From NCBI RefSeq assembly GCF_006345805.1, contig NC_043004.1, positions 106,020,001 through 106,084,000 of the forward strand: a DNA stretch of 64,000 bases, read 5' to 3'. A program made the position numbers and the translations under genes. Origin of the DNA: Octopus sinensis. Lineage: Eukaryota. Shown piece by piece: positions 24,001 through 36,490 of the stretch. Each line of letters starts with the position of its first letter. Positions within the stretch are counted from its first letter, which is position 1. Under the pieces are notes generated by a model. It was not told the origin of the DNA. It was given only the letters and a program-made list of their open reading frames with translations, and did not search any database.

Positions 24001-24259
24001 CAGGAAAGATTTTTATCTTTATTAGAAATATTTGGTGAAGTTCTATAACTTATGTTCAATGTGATAAACCATCAGATATGTACTGGGAACAGAGGAGAGT
24101 TCTTGAGAGAAGGGCCCTTGCCCCTAAATATTTCAGGGGAAGGGCCCTTTTTCCAAGAACTCACCTCTGTTCCCTACACACATCTGATGTTTTATCACAT
24201 TGAACATAAATTATAGAATTTCCACCAAATATTTCCGATAAAGATAAAGATCTTTCCTG
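24001..24259. repeat. 259-bp near-perfect palindrome (arms ~125 bp)
   Basis: caggaaagat...gaagggcccttgcccct / aggggaagggcccttt...atctttcctg; centre aaatattt. Confidence 0.92.
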
Positions 24260-24347
24260 AATCATATAGACTCATAGAGTCAGTTTCCGGGTTTCCATGG
24301 TGTATATATTTACTCTCTGGGTGGTACACCCGTCCATTGCAGAATTA

Positions 24348-24993
24348 CAGCAATCCCTCGCCATATCACTGTTCACCTATCGTAGTTTATACTGTTCTAC
24401 TCTAGGTACAAGGCCTGAAATTTTGGGGGAGGGGACTAGTCAATTGGATCAGCACCAGTACGCAACTGGTACTTAATTTGTACTGAAATTGGTCTGAAAG
24501 CACGTATTTTTCTCTTCTCGATTAATTTTACATGCACACATTCATGTGTATGTGTGTATGTATGTATGTATGTATGTATGTATGTATGTATGTATGTATG
24601 TATGTATGTATTAGAGACATAGGTGGAGATATGTGGCCTAGTGGTTAGGGTGTTAGACTCATGATCATAAGATTGTGGTTTGGATTCCTGGACAAGGCAA
24701 TGTGTTGAGTTCTTGAGCAAAACACTTCATTTCCCATTGCTCCAGTCCACTCAGCTGGCAAAAATGAGTACAGCAATCCCTCGACTATAAATGGGTGTTA
24801 CATTCCAAAACCCCATAGCGATAGGTGTAAGTCTGCAAAGATCCCAGTACTGTACTGTGTATTTTTTTTCATTATTTTCATAATTTGTATGTATTTATTT
24901 TATTATAAATGCAAAACAACAACATGGAGGAATCGACGTAAGCTTAAATAATAAACCACAATCGGTGAACCACAATATGGCCAGGGGTTATTG
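24348..24993. mobile_element. Tc1/pogo (Tigger-like) MITE with TA flanks; inner copy 24771-24993, extra left end at 24348
   Basis: TA|cagcaatccctcg...ggtgaaccacaatatggccaggggttattg|TA; family B and C SINEs lie between the two left ends. Confidence 0.7.
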
Positions 24994-25528
24994 TAATTCT
25001 TCAATGAACTGGTTTACCATCAGCAGAGTAAGTATATACACCATGGAAACCCGGAAACTGACTACAAATTTATACGACTCAAGAAGCATCTTTATCCTTA
25101 TTGGAAATCTTTGGTGAAGTTCTATCATTTATATTCAATGTGATAAAACATAGAACCGTAACATCGCCAACATCGGATATGTGCAGGGAATAGAAGTGAG
25201 TTATTGGAAGAAGAGCCCTTCCTCTGAAATATTTAAACTTACCCCTTATAAAATACATATTTGTCCCTAACTAAATGGTTTGTTAATTTTATTAATTTTT
25301 TTATTGCTTCAGCTCATCACTGGTTTTCTTGGATTCTTGCTGTTTATCGTCTCTAGATAGGAAGCACATAACTTTGCCTAAAAACAGCTTTTCAAAGCAT
25401 ACAAACAAACGCGCACACACACGCACAGAACACCTAGAGACACAGAAACACACATACATACCCTGTCATTCTCTCTATCTTTCTCTTACACACACCCACA
25501 ACAGCTAGAAAGACACATATACATACTG

Positions 25529-25577
<49 letters not shown>

Positions 25578-26540
25578 AACTTGGAGAACATATGCTTGTC
25601 TGTCAAAGTGTATACATCACTGGAATCAACATTTGAATGGAATTACCACTAAATTATTTTACTGTTTTTCTAGTTGACACCATTTGTTAATGCTGGGCTC
25701 ATGTATAGTGGAGGTGGTGGAGTGAGAGAGAGAGAGGGAGGGAGATAGAGAGTGTGTGTGTGGAAGGGCTGAGAGAGAGGGAGAATGAGTGTATGTGTGG
25801 TGGAGGACGTGGTAGAGAGAGAGACAGATAAACTGATGGAGATGGAAAAAGGGAAAGTGAAAGGAAGAAGCTGACAGCGATGGTGAGAGAGTGAGAGAAA
25901 GACAGAGAGGGAGAGAGAGAGAGAGAACGAGAGAGACAAATTGAGTGTGAGAAGGAATGGTACAAAACTAACCAAGACAGTTGGACAGATAATTACACAG
26001 AGAAATACACATGCAAAGATCCTTCGACATTTCGTAACTTACATACATGCATCCACACACACAATAGAAGAAAAGAGAACATGAGTAGATAGATGAAAAT
26101 ATATAGAGATACAAAAAAATTGAAGTGACATAGAAAGTTTAGAGAAACACAGAAAATTAGTGGGAGAGAGAGAGAGAGAGAGACTGTTGAATGCTGTCTT
26201 ATGCAACCCATATAGAACAGATGTCGCCCAGCGTTAACTCACTTCCTATTTCTCTGCTGTTCAGACAGACATCTCAGTAACTCTTAACATTTCAAGACAA
26301 GACTTCTTCTGTCACATCTAACTTGTTTAACAGTAACATTTCTTCAGGCAATATGCCAGCCTAACACTTCCAAGAGATATTAAGCACACACCAACCAAGA
26401 TTGGTAAAGAGATCAATGACAATTAAATTCAAGAAGAAACCATTTCTACAATCTTTCTAATCAGGATTTGCATGTGTTCAAAATATTATTTGAAAGGAAT
26501 TAAAAATGCTTCAAAATGCAAAGAACTGTATGTATGAATT

Positions 26541-26579
<39 letters not shown>

Positions 26580-26585
<6 letters not shown>

Positions 26586-27180
26586 CAAAATGAGAAAATG
26601 GAGAAATATATCTAAATCAATCATCAACCATCAGATAATACCAAATCATATACTTTATTAAAACACTACACAATAGCAATGATATTACACATTAATACAG
26701 TACAATAATTACAATCAATATGGTAAGATATAACTAAATAAATATAACAAGACATAAAAATACATTTACATTGTAGCTGACAGCTGTTTCGGCCATGAAG
26801 ACAGGTATGTCTCATTTAACCTATTAGCCATATAATGCAGGTATAAATGAGACATTAACAAGAATATCTTACGGCCTCTTCAGAGATTCTAATGCAAGTA
26901 TGAGTACAAACTCTAAATAATTTACAAATAAATATAAATATGAGTGCATACATACTCATATTCTTACATATATATATATACACAATAATACAATATAAAC
27001 AATATAAATCAATATACGTCAACAATCAATATACATCAACAAACACAATAATGTTCCATATTGAACTCCACAGCTCCTCAACCAACATCAAGAAACCACA
27101 ATAGACACACTCACACTCAATGCAGGCATATATATTAAACAGTTCAATATATTAAAATGTGTCATTTCACAAAAGGCCAA
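26580..27180 (-). mobile_element. Penelope-like element fragment
   Basis: Carries the hammerhead motif; its end atacaaaatgagaaaatggagaaatata recurs at ~22022; abuts (TA)n. Confidence 0.55.
26772..26892 (-). ncRNA. Type I hammerhead ribozyme motif
   Basis: Minus strand: CUGAAGA (26883-26877), helix II GGCCG/UGGCC enclosing the 12-bp hairpin AUGUCUCAUUUA/UAAAUGAGACAU, GAAA (26790-26787), palindromic helix III ACAGCUGU, GUC triplet; helix I weak. Confidence 0.7.
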
Positions 27181-27342
27181 TAAAGTTAATACCACCACCA
27201 TAGTACCATCCAAGGCAAGTGGATATCTGCATATATATGCAGCTGTGTATATAAGGATGTGTGTGTATGGTTAGAGCGGCTAGTTATGTTTGTGTGTTCT
27301 AGGGCTGACTTGAAGAATAGAGCGGAGGTGCATGGCTTAGTG

Positions 27343-27611
27343 CAGCGTTTTTCAAACTTTTGGGCACGACTCACTGAAGGGCCGGGATCTACGGTTTGAA
27401 AAACGCTGGTTTGTATTCTGCACTTGGCACCCACTTGCGTTTTTTTTTTCTTTCTTTCTTTTTTGTTGCGACCCACTGAAAGATCGGGAGCCGACAGTTT
27501 GAAAAACCGGTGGTTTATATTCTGCACTTTACACCCACTTGCTTTTTTCCCCTTCCTTCTTTTTTGTCGTGACCCACTGAAGGATCGGGACCTACAGTGA
27601 GAAAAAAGCTT
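27343..27611. mobile_element. hAT-type MITE with triplicated right end
   Basis: Perfect 15-bp TIR cagcgtttttcaaac/gtttgaaaaacgctg (27343-27408); ~101-bp units at 27368, 27470 and 27571; gcttagtg at 27335 and 27608. Confidence 0.75.
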
Positions 27612-27800
27612 AGTGGTTTAGGATGTTGGGCTCAGGATTGGGTTGTGGTTTTGATTCCTGGACCAGGCAATGAGAGACAGGGAGACACTTCATTTCTCAT
27701 TACTCCAGTCCACTCAACTGGCGAAAATGAGTAATCTTGCGACAAACCAGCGTCATATCGAATGGGGATGTATATGCCACACAAACTGGCTTTATATGAC
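27608..27800 (+). mobile_element. SINE family C with head split by the MITE
   Basis: ggtgcatggcttagtg left of the MITE; gcttagtggtttagg...ttgattcctgg...ctccagtccactcaactgg right of it. Confidence 0.75.
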
Positions 27801-27924
27801 CTGCAAAGGAGCATTATCCTTTTTTAAGTATAGGCACCATGGGCAGTTGCCTAGAGCACCCACAAGTCTAAAAGCTTAATGTATCTTGTGACTTGCTTTG
27901 TCTCAGGGCCTATAACGCTAAAGT

Positions 27925-28260
27925 CTACGACCCATCGAACACTTCTGATAGTCTAGAAACTATTTTTCCATTTATCAGTGGTTTAGCAATTGCAAACGGG
28001 CTTCCTTGGTATTTAGCTTTATGGAGTTCATGATAAATGACTTTGGTTGATACAGGGTTGGCAAGGCAGTGGGTTAGCTCTGCTATCCCTTTTGTTGCCA
28101 TAAGTCGATGGTTTTGAGACAAAATGTTTCACTATTCTCTGGTCCCTCTCTTTGAGCTTTGTCTTCTGTCTAGAACAATGATTTCAGCAATTTTTTGCCA
28201 ATGGACCCCTTTGATTTGTATTGAGCTCTACAGGACCTCTATAGCCATGTAGCGTTTACA
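27925..28260 (-). pseudogene. Tc1-family transposase remnant (DNA-binding/HTH region)
   Basis: KLKERDQRIVK... and IAELTHCLANPVSTKVIYHELHKAKYQG...AIAKPL resemble the Tc1 ...PVSTKTVRRELHKAG...KPLL segment; frameshifted. Confidence 0.75.
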
Positions 28261-28286
28261 AAAATCCTATGTTTTATAATGAAATA

Positions 28287-29360
28287 TTATTACTTCCGCC
28301 AAGGAAGGAGGTTATGTTTTCATCGGCGTTGGTTTGTCCTGCTATCCCTCTGTCTGTACGTCTGTGTGCAAAATAACTCAAAAAGTTGTGGATGGTATTT
28401 GATGAAACTTGCAGGAAAAATTGGTAATGACACAAGAGACAGATGATGAAATTTTGGTAGTGATCCGGGAATTTTTATGGATTCTTGAAGGATTTTTCAT
28501 TTGCTATATTTACTTTACATGAAGTATTAAAATGTTACGTTCTTTGAAAACACATTCATCGTTTCCACGTAACCTATGGTGGCGTTGCTGTTTCCAAAGT
28601 TTATTTTCGCTTCTCTATTAGTAATTTTATTCTCGTATCTATCTTAAAATGAGCTGCTTGGCGGAGGTCTGTGGAGGATGACATGACAAGCCTGATTATT
28701 GGGATCGACTCAAAAAGCTCAGGCTTTGCTCCCTCCACCGCCGCTGTGAGATCTATATCATCTGTATGATGTGGAAAATATTCCATCAACATTGCTCATC
28801 TTTAAAATTCGTCCAAGGCTTGGCCCCCATGCCATCCATCCACTACAGAAATGTTCATGTCGTATCACAACACTATGAGAGAACTATCTCACCTCAATTG
28901 GCCCTGCTCTCTTCAACATCGTACCAGACATACATAAAGGAGGAAAGTGGCTTCACAGCATTCAAACGATCCCTAGATGATTACCCCCTAGATGGTCTTT
29001 CATATTAAAAAAAATTAAAGATTTATATAGAACATCATTCAGAGCATGTCTATAATCTATTGTGTTTAGACTACTGTTCCGTTTTGTAGATGCAATTTTT
29101 ATTTTATTTTATTCTTTAGTTGTGGTGAAACTAGCTTACTGTTGTCATTGATGTATCTTAACTGCTTCAGATGATTCCTGTTTTTAAAGGGTTTTTTTTA
29201 ATCATATGGCTGGGTTTTTTTGTTTTGTTTTACTCCCACCAAGGAAGTTATATTTTTGCCGACGTTGGTTTGGGAAATTGGGCGATTTTCTGCATGCGTG
29301 TATATGGCTGAAAATGAGCTGCTTGGTGGAGGTCTGCGCTCTCCAAGTGCTTTTCTAGTT
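28287..29360 (+). mobile_element. Helentron-type non-autonomous element(s)
   Basis: Subterminal IR cttccgccaag (28293)/cttggcggagg (28657); second 5' end ~29230; 3' hairpin gcgct-ctcca-agtgc and ttttctagtt end at 29360. Confidence 0.7.
28672..29010 (+). mobile_element. CR1/L2-group LINE ORF2 3' remnant
   Basis: DYWDRLKKLRLCSLHRRCEIYIICMMWKIFHQH...FKRSLDD, typical post-RT C-terminus. Confidence 0.8.
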
Positions 29361-30096
29361 AGGAATTGTATTAAAAAGTGTTAAAATATATTGTGTGTTG
29401 TAGAAGTGTAACCAGTGAAGACGCATGACTTGGTGGTTAGTGTCGGACTCATGATCATAAGGTTGTGGTTTTCATTCCTGGACCAGACAATGCGTTGTGT
29501 TCTTGGACAAAACACTTCATTACATGCTGTTCCAGTCCACTCAGTGAGCAAAAACGAGTAATCCAGGGAGGAATATATACTTCAGAGAGACTGGGGAACA
29601 AGCCCTATGCTCCTTGTGGAATAATGTGGACTAACCAGAAGTATAAGCAATTTGTTGCTTATAAATTTTAACAACAAAATCTTATATGGACCCCAAAAGT
29701 CGAAAGGACTCCAAAGATCAAGAGTAACCCGTTGAAAACGACTGATCTTGAATAATGCTTACCAGAGATGCTTTTGCTTTATTTTGGAATGCCAACATAA
29801 TTTCAGAGACTGTACCTTTCAAAACGTAAAATAATTTAGCAGTTTTAGTGATTAAAGCTCCAACCATTTGTACTTCAATTATTTTCTTTGTATAACGGAT
29901 AGGTTTTGCTTTTTAACATATCTAAATATGAATGTCTACAGAAAAAGAAAAAAACGATATCATGAAGTACAATGCATGCATAATGCATGTGAACACACAC
30001 ATATATATCTATATGCTAGATTAGTTTTGAATTTGTCATATTGCCAATAGAAAAATTCAGTCAAGTAAAAGTGGTTTCCATTATTTTGTCCAACCA

Positions 30097-30303
30097 GTAT
30101 GTATGTATGTATGTATGTATGTATGTATGTGTGTGTGTATGTATGTATGTATGTATGCATGCATGCATGCATGCATGCATGCATGCATGTATGTATGTAT
30201 GTATGTATGTATGTGTGTATGTATGTATGTATGTATGTATGTATGTGTGTGTGTATGTATGTATGTATGTATGTATGTGTGTATGTATGTATGTAGGTAT
30301 GTA

Positions 30304-30334
<31 letters not shown>

Positions 30335-30420
30335 ATGTATATATGTATGTATGTATGTGTGTATGTGTGTGTGTGTGTGTGTATGCATGCATGCATGCAT
30401 GTATGTATGTACGTACATAC
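30097..30420. repeat. Compound (GTAT)n/(GCAT)n/(GT)n microsatellite
   Basis: Direct reading; nearly uninterrupted purine-pyrimidine alternation. Confidence 0.95.
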
Positions 30421-30618
30421 ATATATACGCAAACTTTGCTTCCAATACATACATGTATACAGATTCATACACGTGTTCACACACACACACAAACACATAC
30501 TAGTGCTTGAAAATACAACTGTTAACTCCAGATCTATATAAACATATCTATATATGCAAATACATTCAAACAAACACAAACCTCAATAAATGCATACATA
30601 ACGCATAATTACACTCTT

Positions 30619-30660
<42 letters not shown>

Positions 30661-31267
30661 TACTACCACCTTTACCACCTATACCACTATCACCACCATC
30701 TGCACCACCCCTTCACACGTAGACACAACTGTTACACCATTTTGCACACACAAATGTTACATCAGCCATCAATGGTTGCCTTTGAAGTGTAGTGGTGACA
30801 CCATTGATCTGAGCTGGTAACTACGTAACGAGAGTTTGTCTTTCTGATAAATAGTCAACAAATTGGTGGCTCAATGTCACATAAATAGCCAACAAAGAGA
30901 CCACACCAGAAGCACACAAATAGACTAACAAAGAGGTGATCTTAATAATAATGATTAGTCAACAATCAAATAAAGCCAATGTCACATGAATGATCAACAA
31001 AGAGTTGACCTCTATGTCGCATGAATGAGCCACTGAATTTTCGTAGACTTATTGATTCTTTCTACTATTTTCATTTATCCCACTCACTCACTCTCCGACT
31101 CTCCTTTGCTCCTTCTTTGTCATATCTGTCTACAAACTTATGATTGATTGACTTATCAATGAATAGCAAACGTCGTAGATAGACAGATAAACAGACAGAG
31201 GAGGAGAGGAGGGAGGGGGTGAGGACTATATAGCTGTGTATAGATACCTGATATATATATAATTTTC

Positions 31268-31428
31268 GTGGCTGTGTGACAAGAACCTTGCTTCCCAACA
31301 ACATAGTTCTGGGTTCAGTCTCACAGCATGGCACCTTGGGCAAATGTCTTCTGCTATAGCCCTCGGGTCGACCAAAGCTTTGTAAGTGGATTTGGTAAAC
31401 AGAAACTGAAAGAAGCCCATCGTATATA

Positions 31429-31483
<55 letters not shown>

Positions 31484-31628
31484 ATTTGTGTCTGTGTTTG
31501 TCCCCCCAACATCGCTTGACAACCGATGCTGGTGTGTTTACGTTCCTGTAACCTAGCAGTTCGGCAAAAGAGACCAATAGAATAAAGTACTAGGCTTACA
31601 AAGAATAAGTCCTGGGGTCGATTTGCTC
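31268..31628 (+). mobile_element. SINE family A
   Basis: gtggctgtgtgac...gggttcagtctc...gaataagtcctggggtcgatttgctcg. Confidence 0.88.
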
Positions 31629-32299
31629 GTGTATGCATGTATATATATATATACACATGCATATGTGTGTATCTTTATGTCTGCGTTTGTCCCTCACCAC
31701 TGTTTGACAACTGGTGTCGGTTTGTTTATGTCCCTGCAATTTAGGGGTTTGGCAAAAAGTGGCCAATAGAATAAGTACAAGGCTTCAAAAAATAAAAAAA
31801 TAAATTAAGTATTAGGGTCAATTCATTCAGCCTAAGGTTTTTAACAGTGTTGGTAAAAAATCTCCCTTGGTTTCACTACAGAGTCTTGCTCACTATTATA
31901 TGATATTTATTGCATGTTCACTTGTAAAAATATTACAAGAAACAAACTTTAAAAGTAACAGCAAGACTTTATTCCTCTGTTAAATAGTAAAGTGGACCAA
32001 ATAAACACATCACAAACCCTGGTGGTTGTATAGATCATCTATCGTCTGGATAATTCAGCTCAGGCTGTTGGTGGTTACATATGCTCCATATTAATTTTGC
32101 TCTGGGGAATTTAATGGCAGGAAGCACTTTCTGAACCACTTTCGTGTGTTTTGCAAGTAATCTTGCATGTATGTATATATATATATATATATATATATCA
32201 TCATCATCGTTTAACGTCCGCTTTCCAATGATGATGATATATATATATATATATATATATATTCACCATGATAGATCGCTAGCCACTTCTCTCCTTGTT

Positions 32300-32425
32300 T
32301 CTTTCTGTGGAAGAGCATAGGCTCGAAACGTTAAAGACTTTTTCACTCCCTGAGCATTATGCTTATACATCTGTTTGTTGTCTACACCACCTGTCTTCAT
32401 CTTTTGTTTTTTTGTTAATTCTCCC

Positions 32426-32430
<5 letters not shown>
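32300..32430 (+). mobile_element. Penelope-like terminal fragment with variant hammerhead motif
   Basis: TCTTT-CTGTGGA-A-GAGC(atag)GCTC-GAAA-CGTT-AAAGA; paralogue of 22537. Confidence 0.6.
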
Positions 32431-32495
<65 letters not shown>

Positions 32496-32772
32496 GAACA
32501 ACAAAACCAAGGCAGGATAAAGAGTTGATCTCTATGTCACATAAATGGGCCACTGAATCTCCCTTGTCCTTTTTTCCTCTAATATGTACCTGCTAATTTG
32601 GTGTCCTTTCTCTTCTAATGTATACTTGCTAACTTGGAAGCCTATTACAGATGCCTAGCCCCAGCCTCAGATGTGAACTTGGAACCTAACAGATGACCAA
32701 TTATAGCACTTACACAGCATACCTATTTGTTTAGATCACCAGTGAACTAAACCCCTCATATTCTTCTATATC

Positions 32773-32825
<53 letters not shown>

Positions 32826-33348
32826 ATGAAAATAGCAATAATTAAAACTGAGGACTTTGGAGTAACAGTGGCAGAAAATATATTTTCTAACTGCTACACC
32901 CATGTTTGAAACCATAATAATAATAATCATTATTATAAGAGTTGGGTGTCAATATGATTTTTGAGCCTCAGGCAAAATGCTCTGTAGTGTTTGGTCAAGT
33001 TGTTTACATTCTGAGTTCAAATGCCACCAAGCTCAAACTGTACCTTTCATTCCTCTAGTGTGGATAAGACAAAGTTTTAGTCAAGGATTGGGACTCGTAT
33101 AACATGCTAAACCTTTCACTAAAATTCAAGTCTTGTACATAAATTACAAACAATTATTATCATTATTATTGAGTGAGAGAACAATGCATGCCATCAAAGA
33201 GGCACTGGGGTACAAATATACAAAGCCCAAAATACCTATCATGACTAACCTCTCTGATAAGAGTACACCAGGCACATGTATCACAGCCATATGTGCATGA
33301 CATGGTGACCTCATATCAAGATAAACATCACACTTTATTATTATTATA

Positions 33349-33782
33349 AAGGTGGCTAGTTGGCAGAACCATTAGCATGCCAGGCAGTATTTCATCTGTC
33401 TTTGTGTTCTGAGTTCAAATTCCGCCAAGATCGACTTTGTCTTTCATCATTTCAGGGTAGATAAATCAAATACCAGTTGAGTACTGGGGTTGATGTGATC
33501 AACTGTCCTCCTCCCCACAAGATCCAGGTTTTGTGCCTGTAGTAGAAAGGGTTAATTATTATTATTAAGGTGGTGAGCTGGCAGAATCGTTAGCACACTG
33601 GGTAAAATGCTTAGCAGTATTTCGTCCATTTTTACATTCTGAGTTCAAATTCCGCCAGAGTCAACTTGGCCGATCATCCTTTTGGGGTCAATGAGATAAG
33701 TACCAGTTATGCACTGGGGTCGATGTAATTGATTTATCTCTTCCCCAAAATTTTCAGGCCTTGTGTCTAGAGTAGAAAGGAT
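33349..33782 (+). mobile_element. Two head-to-tail family B SINEs
   Basis: Heads at ~33349 and ~33568, each ending agtagaaagg plus (ATT)n. Confidence 0.88.
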
Positions 33783-34356
33783 TCTTCTTCTTATCATTAT
33801 TATTTACTTTAATAGCCAGCCTTGTGCCAAAATTAGATAGAATCATCATAATTATCATTATTATTCTTATTATTATAATTATCCTTTTTTTTTAATTCTA
33901 TTAGTCTTGTTTACACACAAAACCCTCACGACTACACACTCACACACATCCACACACCTTTTTTTGTCTTGTCCTGTGCTCTCCATAATGTTTTCCTTCA
34001 TGTAAACCCTTGTACATAATAAGGAAATCATTATTATTATTAGCATTATCATTATTATTGATGTTGTTGTTGTTGTAACAATTATTATTCAGGCCTTGTG
34101 CCTATAGTAGAAAGGAGTGTTGTTGTTATTATTAGGAGTAGCAGTAGTTTCTGTTATTTTTATTGCACAATTAAAAATGCTTTGTCATGTTACTTTGCAA
34201 AGCAAACATCTTAATATATAATTGTATTGTCGTTGCTTTAAAGCCAGGCACCATAAAAGCCATAAAAAATTCCGAATGTTATAAATACAAAGAACTGCAA
34301 AAAAGTCAAGTATGACTAATTGTTACATAAATTATGTATGTATAAGCATTATATAT

Positions 34357-34399
<43 letters not shown>

Positions 34400-34431
34400 A
34401 TATATGTATATATGTATATATACATGTATAC

Positions 34432-34545
<114 letters not shown>

Positions 34546-34574
34546 GGGGCAAGTGAAATGAAATTGAACCAAAT

Positions 34575-35045
34575 TCGATGACTGGCACCCGTGCCAGTGG
34601 GGCGCTAACAGCTCCATCTGAGCGGGATCACTGTCAGAGCAGCTGTCTGGCTTCCGTGCCGGTGGCACGTAAAAAGCACCATTTGAGCATGATCGTTACC
34701 AGCGTCACTTTACTGGCACTTGTGTTGGTGGCATGTGAACAAAACATTTGAGCGAGGTCGTTGCCAGTGACGCTGGACTGGCTCCTGTGCAAGTGGCACG
34801 TAAAAAGCACCATTTGAGCGTGGCCGTTGCCTGTACTGCCAGACTGGCCCTCGTGCCAGTGGCACGTAAAAGCACTCACTACACTTTCAGAGTGGTTGGC
34901 ATTAGGAAGGGCATCCAGCTGTAGAAACTCTGCCAGATCAGATTGGAGCCTGGTGCAGCCATCTGGTTCGCCAGTCCTCAGTCGAATCGTCCAACCCATG
35001 CTTGCATGGAGGGCGAATGTTGAATGATGATGATGATGATGATAC
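34575..35045 (+). mobile_element. RTE-tailed VNTR SINE, 5 units
   Basis: Core near 34591, 34656, 34721, 34787 and 34853; (GAT)n tail. Confidence 0.88.
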
Positions 35046-36137
35046 TTACATACATACACACATAAATATCATCATCTTCATCATCATCATCGTCATATTC
35101 ATATCAACATATAATTTTCCATGCTTGCATGGATCAGGGTATAATTGTTGCAGTAGATTTTTCTATAGCTGGCTAATCTTCCTGTCATCGACCTTCCCCT
35201 GGTTCCGTGCAAGTTAATATATCCTTGCATCCTTTTGAACACCAAACAGTAGAATGGCCAGCCATGTCTTCATGGCTGATTGCAAATCTATGCTGCTGTT
35301 TATTTGGTGGAGATGTTTGTTTGTTAACATTCAGCAGGTGATGTCAAGACAAAGAGATATGAATACACACACACATGCACTTGCATACACACGTACACAT
35401 AAATGTATACATAAATGTGTGTGTATGAGTGCATACACACACACACACACACACACACATTCATTCATTCACACTTAGCAGGCTTTATTCAGTTTCGGCC
35501 TGCCAAATATATTCATAAGATATTGGTTGACTTGGGACTATAGCAGGAAACTCCTGCCAAAGGTCCTATGGAGTGGGATTAAACTCAAAAACATTTGGTT
35601 GCAAAGTAAACTTAGATGTATAGGCATATATATACATACATATGTACAATGTGTGTGTGTATTTATATATATGTGTGTCTCTATATATATATATACATAT
35701 GTATGTATGTAGATATTAGCAGCAGCAGCAGCATTTTATCATCCACATTTCCATGTTTACATGGGTCAAATAGAATTCACTGAGGCAGGTTTTCTATGGC
35801 TGGACACCCTTTCTTTTATCAAGCATTACCTGTTTTGAAGACGGATAATATTTCTCCTTGGCTGGAGAGATATCCATGGGACACTGGGAATGAATGGCAC
35901 TGCTTACAACCATAATATGATGTCAAGAGAACAAGACACAAATACCCACACATGCAGACACACACAAAAGGTTTCCTGTAATTATGCTGTGGGACTGAAC
36001 TTGTATCCATGTGATTGGAAATAACACAGCCACATGAATTAACAAGAGACGTTAAAAAATGGAAAGTTTTAGGACAAATAAATTAGGTAAAATGTACTGA
36101 ATTGTTAAAGATCAAACCAAAGAATGGACAGCTAAAT

Positions 36138-36490
36138 GTTAGTTAGTTAGTTAGTTAGTTAATTTTTTGGCTCAAAAAGCAAAAAGCAAGGCCATGTAGG
36201 GGGACATGGAGTTATGTACAGGGTGGTGTTCATGTAAAGAGTTCAGGCCACTTGAGGTCAAGGGAGACTTTGAACCGAGCGGTCGTCAGCATCTTCACCA
36301 TCTCGTCCGGCAGCTTACTCCACAGATGTGCAACCCGGATGGAGAAAGCCCCTCTCCTTCGATTGAGATGAAATCGTCGCAGATAGAGCTTTTTGGAATG
36401 ACCGTGGGTGTATACCATCAGGGCCGTGACCCTTGTTGACATCGAGGCCTTGAATAACACGTTCGACTTCGTCCCACGTGTGAAGATTGG
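36138..36490 (-). mobile_element. CR1-group LINE 3' end with (TAAC)n tail
   Basis: HGHSKKLYLRRFHLNRRRGAFSIRVAHLWSKLPDEMVKMLTTARFKVSLD; tail reads (GTTA)n on + at 36138-36162. Confidence 0.85.
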
